A DNA stretch of 64,000 nucleotides from Clostridia bacterium (GCA_017623355.1 JAGAPG010000014.1:6272-70271), one strand, 5' to 3'; shown: positions 27,479 to 40,080, counted from the stretch's first letter. A program made the numbers and translations. Notes: generated by a model not told the origin, from the letters alone.

Positions 27479-30200
27479 CCTTAGGTGCGCCGCAGCATTT
27501 TTTGTATTTTTTACCGCTGCCGCAAGGACAAGGATCGTTTCTTCCTATCTTCTCACTTCTTACAGGCTGTGCTGTTCGAACCACTCTTTTGGCATTAGAG
27601 CCGAAATTCATAAAGCCCTCCTCGCTCGGCTTAACAACCTGCTCTCTTTCGATAGGCTTAGCTTTAGGTTGTGCAGACAAAAGACCTCTTACAGTATCGT
27701 CTCTTATAGCAATTATCATCTCATCAAAAAGATCAGCACCGGCTATCTTATATTCATTAAGCGGATTCCTTTGTGCGTATGCTTGAAGATTAATGCTATC
27801 GCGCAGATCATCCATATTTTCAAGATGATCCATCCATTTCTCATCAACATTACGAAGAAGAATTACTCTTTCAACCTCGCGAGCTCCTTCTTCTCCAAAA
27901 AGGACCTCCTTCTCCTTCCAAACCTCCATAGCCCTTGAAATAAGCTTATCAAGAACCTGTTCCTTAGTTATATTTTCATCCTTGAAATCATCGGGAGAGC
28001 AAAGCAAGCCCATATATTTTTGCTTAAGTCCCTCAAGATCGGGAGTTTCATCCGACATGTAGCCCTCAACAGCATCGGAAATAGTAGATCTTATCATATT
28101 TTCGATCTGTTCCTTCATATCCTTGCCGTCAAGAACATCTGCTCTTTGAGAGTATATCGTGTTTCTTTGCTGATTCATTACATCATCATAGGAAAGAACG
28201 TGCTTTCTGCTAGAGAAGTTACGTCCCTCAAGACGCTCTTGTGCATGACCTATTTGATTAGAAAGTATTTTTGCATCTATAGGTGTATCCTCGTCAAGTC
28301 CAAGTCTTGATACAAGACCAATTATTCTTTCGCTTCCGAAAAGACGCATAAGATCATCTTCAAGAGATAAGAAAAATCTCGATTCACCCGGATCTCCCTG
28401 ACGTCCCGAACGTCCTCTTAACTGATTGTCTATACGTCTGCTCTCGTGTCTTTCCGTACCGATAATGAAAAGACCGCCGGCTTCTCTTACCTTTTCAGCC
28501 TCAGGAGCAATCTGCTGCTTATATTTTTCATAAAGCTCCGCAAATACTGCTCTTGCAGCGAAAATCTCTTCAGAAACAGATTGAGAGCTTCCTGTTGCTA
28601 AAGCAATGGTTTCTTCATCGTATCCATTCTTTCTCATTTCGCTCTTAGCAAGAAATTCTGCATTTCCACCAAGCATAATATCAGTACCACGTCCAGCCAT
28701 ATTTGTAGATATGGTTACAGCACCAAATTTACCTGCTTGTGCTACTATTTCAGCCTCTTTATCGTGATATTTAGCATTAAGAACCGTATGAGGTATTCCG
28801 TTATGCTTAAGTTTTTTGGAAAGAGCCTCTGATTTTTCAATTGAAACAGTACCGACAAGAACAGGCTGTCCCTTTTCATGACATTCCTTTATTTTTGCTA
28901 TTATAGCTCTATCCTTGCCTGCGATGGTTTTATAAACAAGATCGTGATGATCTTTTCTTATCATAGGCTTATTTGTAGGTACAACTACAACATCAAGATT
29001 GTAGATTTCTCTGAATTCCATCTCCTCGGAAAGAGCTGTACCTGTCATTCCGGAAAGCTTTCTGTACATTCTGAAATAGTTTTGGAATGTAATAGTAGCA
29101 ATAGTTCTGTTTTCTCTTTGTATCTTTACCTTTTCCTTAGCCTCGATAGCCTGATGTAATCCATCAGAATATCTTCTTCCGGGCATAAGACGTCCTGTAA
29201 ATGTATCAACGATAACTACCTGACCGTCCTTGATAACATAATCGGTATCTCTATGCATTATGCCGTAAGCCTTTATAGCTATTTGAACATGATGATAAAT
29301 CTCGGAATTTTCAGGAGCCGTAAGAGTTTCGATGCCAAAGAATTTTTCAGCCTTTTCTACTCCGTGCTTTGTAAGCGTAGCGCTTTTTGATTTCTCATCA
29401 ACTATATAGTCTTGAGCAATATCTTCGTGCTCTTGCTTCAGATCCAATTCTTTTATAACAAATTTGGAAAATGTACGAACAAGTGCATCTGCTCTGTCAT
29501 AAAGCTCGTTAGATTTTTTGCCGGCTCCGGAAATTATAAGAGGAGTTCTGGCTTCATCAATAAGAATAGAGTCAACCTCATCGACAATTGCAAACGCGTG
29601 TCCTCTTTGACACATATGCTCTTTATAAATAACCATATTGTCACGAAGATAGTCAAATCCAAATTCGTTATTAGTTCCGTATGTTATATCACAGTTGTAA
29701 GCGGCTTGCTTTTCTTCTTTGCTTTGTCCGTGAATAACAAGACCTGTTGTCAAGCCTAAAAACTCATGAACTCTGCCCATTTCCTCGCAACCGAGCCTTG
29801 CAAGATAATCGTTTACCGTAACAACGTGAACGCCATTACCTGCAAGAGCATTAAGATATGACGGCAAAACCGCAACGAGTGTTTTTCCTTCACCCGTCTT
29901 CATTTCGGCTATTCTTCCTTGATGAAGCAAGATTCCGCACATAAGCTGAACTCTGAACGGACGCTTACCTAAAACTCTGAAAGCAGCCTCTCTTACAAGC
30001 GCATATGCTTCCGGTAAAATATCATCAAGAGTTTCACCGTTTGCAAGTCTTTGCTTGAATTGATCAGTCATTTCCTTCATTTCGCTATCACTCATTTTCT
30101 CAAAACGAGGAGCAAGAGCTTCTATTTTGTCTACTATAGGAATGATTTTTTTAATCTGATGGTCACTGTAAGTACCGAATATTTTTGAAAAAAGTCCCAT
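27468..30200 (-). CDS. secA: preprotein translocase ATPase SecA
   Basis: MKTGEGKT (Walker A), the DEVDSILIDEARTPLIISG DEAD-like motif, TNMAGRGTDI, and the C-terminal zinc motif CPCGSGKKYKKCCG. Start moved to MGLFSKIFG. Confidence 0.97.
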   Translation of the reverse strand: MGLFSKIFGTYSDHQIKKIIPIVDKIEALAPRFEKMSDSEMKEMTDQFKQRLANGETLDDILPEAYALVREAAFRVLGKRPFRVQLMCGILLHQGRIAEMKTGEGKTLVAVLPSYLNALAGNGVHVVTVNDYLARLGCEEMGRVHEFLGLTTGLVIHGQSKEEKQAAYNCDITYGTNNEFGFDYLRDNMVIYKEHMCQRGHAFAIVDEVDSILIDEARTPLIISGAGKKSNELYDRADALVRTFSKFVIKELDLKQEHEDIAQDYIVDEKSKSATLTKHGVEKAEKFFGIETLTAPENSEIYHHVQIAIKAYGIMHRDTDYVIKDGQVVIVDTFTGRLMPGRRYSDGLHQAIEAKEKVKIQRENRTIATITFQNYFRMYRKLSGMTGTALSEEMEFREIYNLDVVVVPTNKPMIRKDHHDLVYKTIAGKDRAIIAKIKECHEKGQPVLVGTVSIEKSEALSKKLKHNGIPHTVLNAKYHDKEAEIVAQAGKFGAVTISTNMAGRGTDIMLGGNAEFLAKSEMRKNGYDEETIALATGSSQSVSEEIFAARAVFAELYEKYKQQIAPEAEKVREAGGLFIIGTERHESRRIDNQLRGRSGRQGDPGESRFFLSLEDDLMRLFGSERIIGLVSRLGLDEDTPIDAKILSNQIGHAQERLEGRNFSSRKHVLSYDDVMNQQRNTIYSQRADVLDGKDMKEQIENMIRSTISDAVEGYMSDETPDLEGLKQKYMGLLCSPDDFKDENITKEQVLDKLISRAMEVWKEKEVLFGEEGAREVERVILLRNVDEKWMDHLENMDDLRDSINLQAYAQRNPLNEYKIAGADLFDEMIIAIRDDTVRGLLSAQPKAKPIEREQVVKPSEEGFMNFGSNAKRVVRTAQPVRSEKIGRNDPCPCGSGKKYKKCCGAPKDGE

Positions 30201-30398
30201 AATTATTAGGTATCCCTTCAATAAAGATTTTCGCGCGTATGAACGCGCATTAAAACATAGATATATTAATATTAGCACATATGAAAAGAAAATTCCATAC
30301 TTTTTTCAATATTTTTAAATTTTTTAACCTAAAAACATTGTTTTTTTAGTATTTTAGTATTATAATCATCTCATATTCTATACCAAACGGAGATCATT

Positions 30399-30896
30399 AT
30401 GAATAAACTCAATATAGTTCTTTTAGAACCTGAAATTCCTCAAAACACAGGAAATATAGCTCGAACCTGCGCGGCTACGGGTGCAAGCCTACATATGATC
30501 AAGCCTTTTGGATTTGAGATCGACAACGCCAAATTAAAACGCGCCGGTATGGATTATTGGTTTCATTTAGATATTCATTATTATGAAAATTTAGATGATT
30601 TTTTGAATAAAAATTCAAATATAAATTTTTATTTATTCACAAAAAAAGCCACAAAAAAGCACACTGACATATCTTATCCCGAAAATGTATTTTTATTTTT
30701 CGGCAAGGAAAGCTGCGGTCTTCCCGAAAGCCTTTTAAATCAACATAAAGACAAGTGTATACGTATTCCTATGAAGGAAGGATTGAGGTCTTTAAACCAG
30801 TCAAATTCAGTAGCAATCGCTGCATATGAATTTTTAAGACAAAAAAATTTCGAGGGACTTTCCGAGGATGGCGGTTGGATCAAATCAAATGAATAA
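30399..30896 (+). CDS. trmL: tRNA (cytidine/uridine-2'-O)-methyltransferase TrmL (SpoU family)
   Basis: IVLLEPEIPQNTGNIARTCAATG...KRAGMDYW...SLNQSNSVAI. Confidence 0.88.
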   Translation: MNKLNIVLLEPEIPQNTGNIARTCAATGASLHMIKPFGFEIDNAKLKRAGMDYWFHLDIHYYENLDDFLNKNSNINFYLFTKKATKKHTDISYPENVFLFFGKESCGLPESLLNQHKDKCIRIPMKEGLRSLNQSNSVAIAAYEFLRQKNFEGLSEDGGWIKSNE

Positions 30897-30921
30897 TCAT
30901 TCACAAAAATGAATATTGATT

Positions 30922-30955
30922 AAAAAATCTGCAAGAAGCTCTTGCAGATTTTTTA
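30922..30955. terminator. bidirectional terminator
   Basis: Stem atctgcaag/cttgcagat with a 5-nt loop, flanked by A/T runs. Confidence 0.75.
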
Positions 30956-31513
30956 TATAAATAATGGTCTTAATTGCTTGAACTCCAAAGCCTTCTCCAA
31001 TGTTTTCGGTAATAATGAAAATTCCGAAACCAATGAATGAGGCTTTTTATTTGGATCATCTTGTTTTAGCGGAACAAAGTAAACGCTCTTTCGCTCAAGC
31101 AATATACTGATATTTTGTAAATTCGCAGAAAGCGCATCATTTGAACACAATGCAATTATCAAAGGGCGATCCGATCTCAAATGAGCTTTGGCAGCCATCG
31201 TAACCGATGTATCCGTGATCCCTCTCGCTATTTTTGCAAGAGTATTACCTGTACATGGGCTAATAACAAGAGCGTCAAGAGGATTTTTAGGACCTAACGG
31301 CTCTGCTTCGACAATAGTGTGAATGATTTTTTTCGATGTCATACTCTCGACGCTTTTTATCAGATCCTCTGCCTTTCCAAAATACGTATCTGTATTATAT
31401 ACATTTTCACTCATTATCGGTAATATATCATATCCGTTTTTTATAAGCGCTTTCATTTCAGCGAGACTTTTTTCATGAGTACAAAAAGAACCGCAAAAAG
31501 CATACCCTATCAT
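30953..31513 (-). CDS. dpaB: dipicolinate synthase subunit B
   Basis: Flavoprotein-like GYAFCGSFCT...AEPLGPK...PCTGNTLAKIA..., collinear with SpoVFB as I recall it. Confidence 0.85.
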   Translation of the reverse strand: MIGYAFCGSFCTHEKSLAEMKALIKNGYDILPIMSENVYNTDTYFGKAEDLIKSVESMTSKKIIHTIVEAEPLGPKNPLDALVISPCTGNTLAKIARGITDTSVTMAAKAHLRSDRPLIIALCSNDALSANLQNISILLERKSVYFVPLKQDDPNKKPHSLVSEFSLLPKTLEKALEFKQLRPLFI

Positions 31514-31514
31514 A

Positions 31515-32261
31515 TTATATCCTTTCGGACGAAAGATATTTGTTTATAAAATCATATATTGCCAATGCCGCACTATAGCTTTTCATTTTTCCGGGAAGCC
31601 CAAGAGCCTTCTCTACATTTTTTTCATTTTCAAAGCCTCCCGGCGATGATGCAAGCTCAATAAGAACGGTGTTTTTTGAAAGGTATTCTGTTTGAGCCTC
31701 GGAAACTATCTTACAAGGAACTGTATTTACTATAACATCAAAAAACTCATTTTCTATGCACGATATATCTCTTACGGATAAATTTTTTCTCAGCGCTTCC
31801 GTTTGGCTATCAAGTCTTCTTGCATAGATATATACATCGGCATTGAGTGATGATAGCATATCAGAAAGAGCTTTACCTATTCTTCCATATCCCAAAACAA
31901 GAATTTTTGAATGTAATAATGATTTTTCCAAACGGCAAAGAATTATTTGAAGAGCGCATTCTGCTGTAATATACGCGTTTTTCTCTAAAAAGTCTTCATC
32001 ATTTGGATATTCTATTATCCTACCCTTGAAAAATTTCGAAATGCTTTCTGCTTGCGGTGAAAAAACAAGAGTACTATTATCGGCATTTAAGAATATATTT
32101 TTATATTCATTATCCGAAATAGCACTCTTTATCGGCAAAATCAGAGCATCAGCCTTAATGCTTTCACTGAAAGAAACTATTCTACTTTGATATCCTCTTT
32201 CGTTTAACAGTTGATTAAGTATTTCATATCTTTTATCATTGGAAATAATACTGATCTTCAA
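31515..32261 (-). CDS. dpaA: dipicolinate synthase subunit A
   Basis: Rossmann motif VLGYGRIGKA and C-terminal LASSPGG...GLPGK, as in SpoVFA. It lies immediately upstream of dpaB. Confidence 0.8.
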   Translation of the reverse strand: MKISIISNDKRYEILNQLLNERGYQSRIVSFSESIKADALILPIKSAISDNEYKNIFLNADNSTLVFSPQAESISKFFKGRIIEYPNDEDFLEKNAYITAECALQIILCRLEKSLLHSKILVLGYGRIGKALSDMLSSLNADVYIYARRLDSQTEALRKNLSVRDISCIENEFFDVIVNTVPCKIVSEAQTEYLSKNTVLIELASSPGGFENEKNVEKALGLPGKMKSYSAALAIYDFINKYLSSERI

Positions 32262-32333
32262 AATTCATATCCTCATCTGTTTTTTAGAGAATTTCTTCTC
32301 AATACAGAATATGATTTTTTTCAAAAAAAGCAA

Positions 32334-33077
32334 TTATTTTTTTATATTTTTCGCGATAAGCATATTTATTTCAAAGCCTTTTTCGCTAAAATTCCTTTCA
32401 TATTCGGTTTCTATATTAGAATCATTCATTTCCGATGTGTGAAGATCGTATGTCTTGTATTCTAATATAAATTTTGATTTTTCAATTTGCTCCAAAGAAA
32501 AATCAAATAAATCCTTATTATCTGTTTTGAAAAAAATTTTTCCGCCATCCACAAGAATGTCCGAATACATCTCTAAGAAAGCTATATATGTAAGGCGCCT
32601 TTTCGCATATCCTTTTTTGCTCCACGGATCACAAAAATTTATATAGATAGCATCTACCGAATCCTCGGGAAACTCTTTTAATATTTGTGCAGCATCGCCT
32701 ATTGCAAATCTTACATTTCCTTTTTCATCTTCGGTAAAATCTACCGCTCCGTCACCGTAATGATAAACTGTGCCGTCATATTTCTTCCATCCGCCATTGA
32801 GAGATAGTTCTCCAAGTCCTCTGGAAATAGCATATTTTTCAGTTGCTACAGTACAAACATCCGCTATTTTTTCTATTGCAAGATAATTATAATTCGGCTC
32901 TTGCTTGGATTTACCTCTTATAAAATCACCTTTTCCGCATCCTATCTCGATTCTTAAGGGATTTTTGTTACCATATATTCCTTCCACATTTTTGGAAAGA
33001 TACACAGGATCAGCACAAACAAGTGCTGATAAAAGCTCCAATCTTTCACTTCCGTGACGCTTTTTTTTCATTCTCAT
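32334..33077 (-). CDS. trmB: tRNA (guanine46-N7)-methyltransferase
   Basis: EIGCGKGDF, NFCDPWSKK..KRRL, FKTDN and TEYE motifs. The protein carries about 35 extra aa between motif I and the DPW motif. Confidence 0.85.
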   Translation of the reverse strand: MRMKKKRHGSERLELLSALVCADPVYLSKNVEGIYGNKNPLRIEIGCGKGDFIRGKSKQEPNYNYLAIEKIADVCTVATEKYAISRGLGELSLNGGWKKYDGTVYHYGDGAVDFTEDEKGNVRFAIGDAAQILKEFPEDSVDAIYINFCDPWSKKGYAKRRLTYIAFLEMYSDILVDGGKIFFKTDNKDLFDFSLEQIEKSKFILEYKTYDLHTSEMNDSNIETEYERNFSEKGFEINMLIAKNIKK

Positions 33078-33178
33078 ATTGATATTTGCTCCGTTTTTTG
33101 TTAAAATATAATTTACGAGGTATATATTATCACATTTTTTATAAAAATGCTATACTTTTTTATTAAAGGAGAAAAAAT

Positions 33179-33436
33179 ATGAATTATTCATTCAAAACAA
33201 AGGGTGTTTGCGCCTCTCTTATAAAATTTGATATTAATGACGGAAAGATTTATAATGTTGAGTTTACGGGAGGATGCAACGGAAATCTTAAGGCAATTTC
33301 TAAATTAGTCGAGGGTATGGAATGCAATAAGGTTATTGAGCTTCTTAAAGGAAACACCTGTGGTTGGAAAAACACCTCATGTTCTGACCAACTCACAAAA
33401 GCTATTGAGCTTGCACTTAATGAAAGCGGTATGTAA
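33179..33436 (+). CDS. TSCPD-type 4-Cys small protein (TIGR03905-like)
   Basis: 85 aa with GVCAS...FTGGCNGN...GNTCG...TSCSDQL. Confidence 0.75.
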   Translation: MNYSFKTKGVCASLIKFDINDGKIYNVEFTGGCNGNLKAISKLVEGMECNKVIELLKGNTCGWKNTSCSDQLTKAIELALNESGM

Positions 33437-33438
33437 AA

Positions 33439-35943
33439 ATGAAAAAGCTTCTTATAATTGACGGAAACAGTATTTTAAACCGCGCTTATTACGGTATTCG
33501 CCCTCTTTCTACAAAAGAGGGCTTCCCTACAAATGCTATTTTCGGTATGATCTCAATTTTAAAAAGACATATGGATGCATTACACCCCGAATATGCGGTA
33601 ATTGCATTCGATGTAAAAGCAAAAACCTTCAGACACAAAGCTTGTGATTTTTATAAAGCGACCAGAAAGCCAATGCCGGAGGATCTCGCGCTTCAGCTCC
33701 CTGTAGCAAAAGAATGTGCAAGGCTTTTGGGATTTAATGTTTTAGAGCTTGAGGGATATGAAGCAGATGATATTTTAGGTACTGTTTCGCGAATAGCAAT
33801 GAAAAATCAGGATGTCCATTCCTATATTCTCACGGGAGATAAGGACTCCTTACAGCTTTTAAACGATCAATGCTCTGTTATTCTTGTCAAAACCAAGGAA
33901 GATACCTTATATACTCCGCAATCCTTTATTTCGGAATACGGAGTAACTCCCACTCAATTTATTGATATGAAAGCAATTATGGGAGATACTTCGGATAATA
34001 TTCCCGGTATTTCAGGCATTGGAGAAAAGGGTGCACAAAAGCTCGTATCTACCTTTGGATCTCTTGATTCGATATACGAAAATTATCAAAGCTCCACCGA
34101 TATTTCCGATCTTGTCAAGCACAAAATCGAGGTCGGCAAGGATATGGCATACACATCAAAGTTCTTGGCAACGATTGTATGCGACGCTCCAATAGAAAAA
34201 ACATTAAACGACTTTGTTTTTCACAAGATATCTGCATCCGAGCTTGGGAAATTTTTATCAAAATATGAATTCACATCCTTGTTTAAAAAATTCGGCATAT
34301 CCGCTGACGATATTATTGATGACGAAGCAAATGAGCAAGCTTCGTGGGAGCTTTCTCCCATTCCGTCGCCGGATATGATAGACTCTATGAGCAACGAATT
34401 GATTGCCATATATCCTTGCGATGATATCATTTATGCTTGCACAGACAAATATTATTTTACGTATTATTTTAACCCTATGGACGACTTTCTGACAAGGAAC
34501 AAAATAATATGCCACGATTACAAAACTCTTATAAAAAAATACGAGTTAAATTGCGTTTTCGACACTATGCTTGCTGCTTATGTTACATCTCCTTCGGATT
34601 CTTCATATGAAATAGATACTTTATCATCAAGATATTTAAAAGTAATATTCAAAGAGGAAGATGCTCCTAAAATCATATATTCTCTTTATAATATTCTTTC
34701 TCAAAAGCTGATCGAAACTGATACTGTGAAGATCCTTACCGATATAGAAATTCCTCTTGCCGAGGTCCTTGCTTCTATGGAAACCGAAGGTTTCAGAATT
34801 GATACAAGAGGACTTGATTTTTATGCAAAACGAATTGAGGAATTAGCCGAAGAAAGCAAAGAAAGAATATACTCCTTAGCCGGAGAAAAATTTAATATAA
34901 ATTCTCCCAAGCAGCTTGGAGAAATACTTTTCGGCAAAATGAAGCTTCCTCACGGAAAGAAAACCAAAAACGGTTATTCAACAAGCGCAGAAACTTTAGA
35001 AAGCTTGCGCTCAGAATCTCCGATAATAAACGAAATTCTTGAATATAGACAAATAACAAAGCTTCATAGCACATATTGTGAGGGATTATTAAAGGTAGCC
35101 GATGAAAACGGACGTATTCATTCTACATTCAATCAAACCGTGACCGTTACAGGACGCCTCTCTTCTACAGAACCCAATCTGCAAAATATTCCTATAAAAA
35201 CAAGCTTAGGCAGAGAGCTTCGCAAATTTTTCATTACCAAAGGATTGGGCTATGTTCTTATTGATGCCGATTATTCTCAAATAGAGCTAAAGGTTCTTGC
35301 TCATCTTTCAAGGGATGCTAATATGATCCACGCCTTTAATAGCGGTGCTGATATTCACGCAATAACTGCATCTCAGGTTTTTAAAGTGCCTATTGAAGAG
35401 GTCACACCAATTATGAGAAAAAACGCAAAGGCAGTAAATTTCGGTATAGTTTACGGAATAGGTGATTTTTCCTTGGGAAAGGATATTCATGTATCCACAA
35501 AGGAAGCCAGAAGCTATATAAACTCTTACTTTGATTCATATCCCGATATTCATAATTACATTAATTCTCTGGTTGAGCAAGCAACCGAAAAAGGATATGC
35601 AAAAACCATGTTTGGAAGAATTCGCTATATTCCGGAGCTTTCTGCAGAAAATCATAATCTGCGCGCGTTTGGAAAACGAGTTGCGATGAATAGCCCCATA
35701 CAAGGATCTGCGGCTGACATAATAAAGATAGCCATGATAAACGTATACAAGGCTCTTAAAAAAGCCGATATAGATGCGAAATTAATATTGCAGGTGCACG
35801 ATGAGTTGATTATAGAATCTCATGTTTCCTGTGCCGAACAAGCACAAAAAATTTTAAAAACAGAAATGGAAAACGCAGTTAAGCTTCTTGTTCCACTCAC
35901 TGCTGATACAGGCATAGGGGATAATTGGCTTGATGCAAAATAA
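33439..35943 (+). CDS. polA: DNA polymerase I
   Basis: 5'-nuclease N-terminus (LLIIDGNSILNRAYYG, GDKDSLQL, IPGISGIGEKGA). Polymerase motifs DYSQIELKVLAH, RKNAKAVNFGIVYG and QVHDEL. Confidence 0.97.
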   Translation: MKKLLIIDGNSILNRAYYGIRPLSTKEGFPTNAIFGMISILKRHMDALHPEYAVIAFDVKAKTFRHKACDFYKATRKPMPEDLALQLPVAKECARLLGFNVLELEGYEADDILGTVSRIAMKNQDVHSYILTGDKDSLQLLNDQCSVILVKTKEDTLYTPQSFISEYGVTPTQFIDMKAIMGDTSDNIPGISGIGEKGAQKLVSTFGSLDSIYENYQSSTDISDLVKHKIEVGKDMAYTSKFLATIVCDAPIEKTLNDFVFHKISASELGKFLSKYEFTSLFKKFGISADDIIDDEANEQASWELSPIPSPDMIDSMSNELIAIYPCDDIIYACTDKYYFTYYFNPMDDFLTRNKIICHDYKTLIKKYELNCVFDTMLAAYVTSPSDSSYEIDTLSSRYLKVIFKEEDAPKIIYSLYNILSQKLIETDTVKILTDIEIPLAEVLASMETEGFRIDTRGLDFYAKRIEELAEESKERIYSLAGEKFNINSPKQLGEILFGKMKLPHGKKTKNGYSTSAETLESLRSESPIINEILEYRQITKLHSTYCEGLLKVADENGRIHSTFNQTVTVTGRLSSTEPNLQNIPIKTSLGRELRKFFITKGLGYVLIDADYSQIELKVLAHLSRDANMIHAFNSGADIHAITASQVFKVPIEEVTPIMRKNAKAVNFGIVYGIGDFSLGKDIHVSTKEARSYINSYFDSYPDIHNYINSLVEQATEKGYAKTMFGRIRYIPELSAENHNLRAFGKRVAMNSPIQGSAADIIKIAMINVYKALKKADIDAKLILQVHDELIIESHVSCAEQAQKILKTEMENAVKLLVPLTADTGIGDNWLDAK

Positions 35944-35949
35944 TTTAAT

Positions 35950-36819
35950 ATGAAACTTTCTATTTTATCTCCGGCAAAAATCAATTTATACCTTGATGTT
36001 CTTAACAAGCGCAGCGACGGATATCACAATATTCAATCGATTATGCAAACCGTTTCGTTATATGACGAAATATTTTTGAATGTTTCAGAAAGCACTAAAA
36101 TTTCAAATGAAATAAGTATCTTTTCCGATAACACAGCTATCACTTGGGATAAAAGCAATTTGGTATATAAAAGCGCCGAAAAATTTTTAGCTTCAGCTAA
36201 TATAAGCTTCAAAAAAATCGTTTTTGAAGTAAAAAAATCAATTCCTATATGTGCCGGTATGGCAGGCGGAAGTGCAGATGCCGCTGCTGTTTTAAAGCTT
36301 TTAAATCACGCTTTTAATTATCCTTTATCAACCAACGAGCTTTTATCATTGGGAGCTACGCTCGGTGCTGATGTGCCGTTTTGTATTTTAGGCGGAACGT
36401 ATTTATGTGAAGGTATCGGAGAAAGACTTACCAAATTACCTACATTAAAAGATGTATATTTAGTTTGCGTTATGGGAAATGAGCCAAAAATCTCTACAGC
36501 GCACGCTTATTCTGAAATTGATAAAAAATATGGCATTGAATGTACAAGCAGTAATGATATTGACAAAATAATCAATGCTATTTCTGCTAAAAACATTTCA
36601 AAAATATCTTCTCTGTTATTTAATAAATTTGAAGAGGTATCCTCACCTGAGGTATATAAAATAAAAGCTTTGCTTTTAGAAAACGGCGCTTTAGGTTCTC
36701 TTATGAGTGGAAGCGGTCCGTCTGTTTTTGGAATTTTTGAAGACGAAGAGAGTGCGAAAACAGCTTTTTTGAAGATCTGCTCGTGTTTTAATAAAGTTTT
36801 TCTATGTAAAACTGTTTAA
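35950..36819 (+). CDS. ispE: 4-diphosphocytidyl-2-C-methyl-D-erythritol kinase
   Basis: PAKINLYLDV...RSDGYH and the GHMP motif IPICAGMAGGSADAAA. Confidence 0.92.
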   Translation: MKLSILSPAKINLYLDVLNKRSDGYHNIQSIMQTVSLYDEIFLNVSESTKISNEISIFSDNTAITWDKSNLVYKSAEKFLASANISFKKIVFEVKKSIPICAGMAGGSADAAAVLKLLNHAFNYPLSTNELLSLGATLGADVPFCILGGTYLCEGIGERLTKLPTLKDVYLVCVMGNEPKISTAHAYSEIDKKYGIECTSSNDIDKIINAISAKNISKISSLLFNKFEEVSSPEVYKIKALLLENGALGSLMSGSGPSVFGIFEDEESAKTAFLKICSCFNKVFLCKTV

Positions 36820-38391
<1,572 letters not shown>

Positions 38392-38400
38392 TATAATTTA

Positions 38401-38430
38401 AAAATCGGGCAAAATTGCCCGATTTTTTCT
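38401..38430 (+). terminator. rho-independent terminator
   Basis: Stem tcgggc/gcccga followed by T6. Confidence 0.75.
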
Positions 38431-38530
38431 TTTTTCAAAAAATTTTCTCATTTTAAAAAATTCTATTGACTTAGCCTTTTAAATAAGTTAAAATAATAAT
38501 AAGAATAGTATTATTTTGGGAGTATTATTA

Positions 38531-40036
38531 ATGTTTAAAAGATTCAAAAAAAATGAAAAGATGGCATCCCTTGCTTTCTATGCTTTTTTAGTGGGTGTTG
38601 CTCTTATATCATTTGTTTTTCTGATATTTAAATTCAATTCAATATTAGGAGCTCTCAATGCTTTTGCAAAAGCAATGTCAGCGTTTATTTACGGATTTGC
38701 AATAGCTTATATTTGCAATCCGCTTTATAAGCTTTTACATAAAAGAGTATTTTTCTTTGTGGATAAAGGAAAAGAAAGACGTAAATTAAGAAAAGCTCTC
38801 TCTTTATTCTCTACATATATCATATTCTTCTCTGTAATTGCTCTTATACTCGTAGCAATAATTCTTCCTATGGCTAACAACATTGAAAGCTTTGCTAAAA
38901 ATATTGAAGGTTATATAAATAGCATTTATACGTGGCTTCAATCATTTTTAGCTACTCTTCAAGAAGAATTTCCTTCTCTTGATATAGACGTAAACGAAAT
39001 AATGAACTCTATAACTAAGTTTCTCACATCTGCCGGTGCATCTGTTACCCAAGGAGAAATTTCTATTGAAAACGGATCTCAGCTTTCAAACATAGTAAAT
39101 ATGCTCCTCAATCTCATTTCTAAAGTTGCAGGAATAGTAATAAATCAAGTTTTCTATGTAATAGTAGGCGTTATTCTTTCAATATATTTTCTTATTCATA
39201 AAGAAAACATCAGTGCAAGAATTAAAAAATTCCTATGCGCTATATTAAAAAAGGATAAATACGAAGGATTTATGAATTTCGCAAGATATTCAGATAAAAC
39301 AGTAGGCAGATATCTTGTAGGCACTGTTTGCGACTCGTTGCTTGTCGGTATAGTTATCGCTTCAATTCTTGCCATTTTCAAATTTCCCATGCCTGCTCTT
39401 ATCGGCGTTATTGTAGGTTTTACAAATATGATACCGTTCTTTGGACCTTTCATCGGTGGAATTCCTTCTGCTATATTGATAGTTGTAAGTCCTGACGGTG
39501 GAATCGGTAAGGCTATTGCCTTTGCTGTTATAATAGTTATCCTTCAACAAATCGACGGAAATATAATTGCTCCGCACATAATAGGCGCTTCAACCGGTTT
39601 AACACCTATTGGCGTTATTGCCGCTGTCACAGTGTGCTCTTATTTGTTTGGAATTGTAGGAATGATAATAGGAGTTCCGCTTTGCGCTGTTATAACATAT
39701 CTTTTCTCTCACGGTGTAAACGGACGTCTTAAAAAGAAAAATCTTCCGAGAGATACTGAGCTTTATAAATCTGCAGATATATTCGCCGATGAAAAGTTTA
39801 TGCAAGCCACTCTCGTTACAGAAGCGTATAACAAAATAAAAGAAGAAGAAAAGCTCGAAAGCAAAAAAATTGATTCCGAACTTCACAAAATGGCTATTGA
39901 TGAAATCAAGGATCTTATTATAAACGAAAAAGAACAAATCAATATAGATGTTGATGAGGTTAAAGAAAATCCTTGTTCTAACACCTCAACGATCGATATA
40001 TCCGAAATATTAAGCAAGGAAAACGAAAAAAAATAA
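38531..40036 (+). CDS. AI-2E family transporter (PerM/YhhT-like) with charged C-terminal tail
   Basis: Multi-TM protein with GFTNMIPFFGPFIGGIPSA and QQIDGNIIAPHIIG motifs. Start set at MFKRF. Confidence 0.85.
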   Translation: MFKRFKKNEKMASLAFYAFLVGVALISFVFLIFKFNSILGALNAFAKAMSAFIYGFAIAYICNPLYKLLHKRVFFFVDKGKERRKLRKALSLFSTYIIFFSVIALILVAIILPMANNIESFAKNIEGYINSIYTWLQSFLATLQEEFPSLDIDVNEIMNSITKFLTSAGASVTQGEISIENGSQLSNIVNMLLNLISKVAGIVINQVFYVIVGVILSIYFLIHKENISARIKKFLCAILKKDKYEGFMNFARYSDKTVGRYLVGTVCDSLLVGIVIASILAIFKFPMPALIGVIVGFTNMIPFFGPFIGGIPSAILIVVSPDGGIGKAIAFAVIIVILQQIDGNIIAPHIIGASTGLTPIGVIAAVTVCSYLFGIVGMIIGVPLCAVITYLFSHGVNGRLKKKNLPRDTELYKSADIFADEKFMQATLVTEAYNKIKEEEKLESKKIDSELHKMAIDEIKDLIINEKEQINIDVDEVKENPCSNTSTIDISEILSKENEKK

Positions 40037-40049
40037 AAATCTAATTTTT

Positions 40050-40080
40050 AAACCGCCGATTTTTTGGCGGTTTTATTTTT
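40050..40080 (+). terminator. rho-independent terminator
   Basis: Stem aaccgcc/ggcggtt followed by a T-run. Confidence 0.7.
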
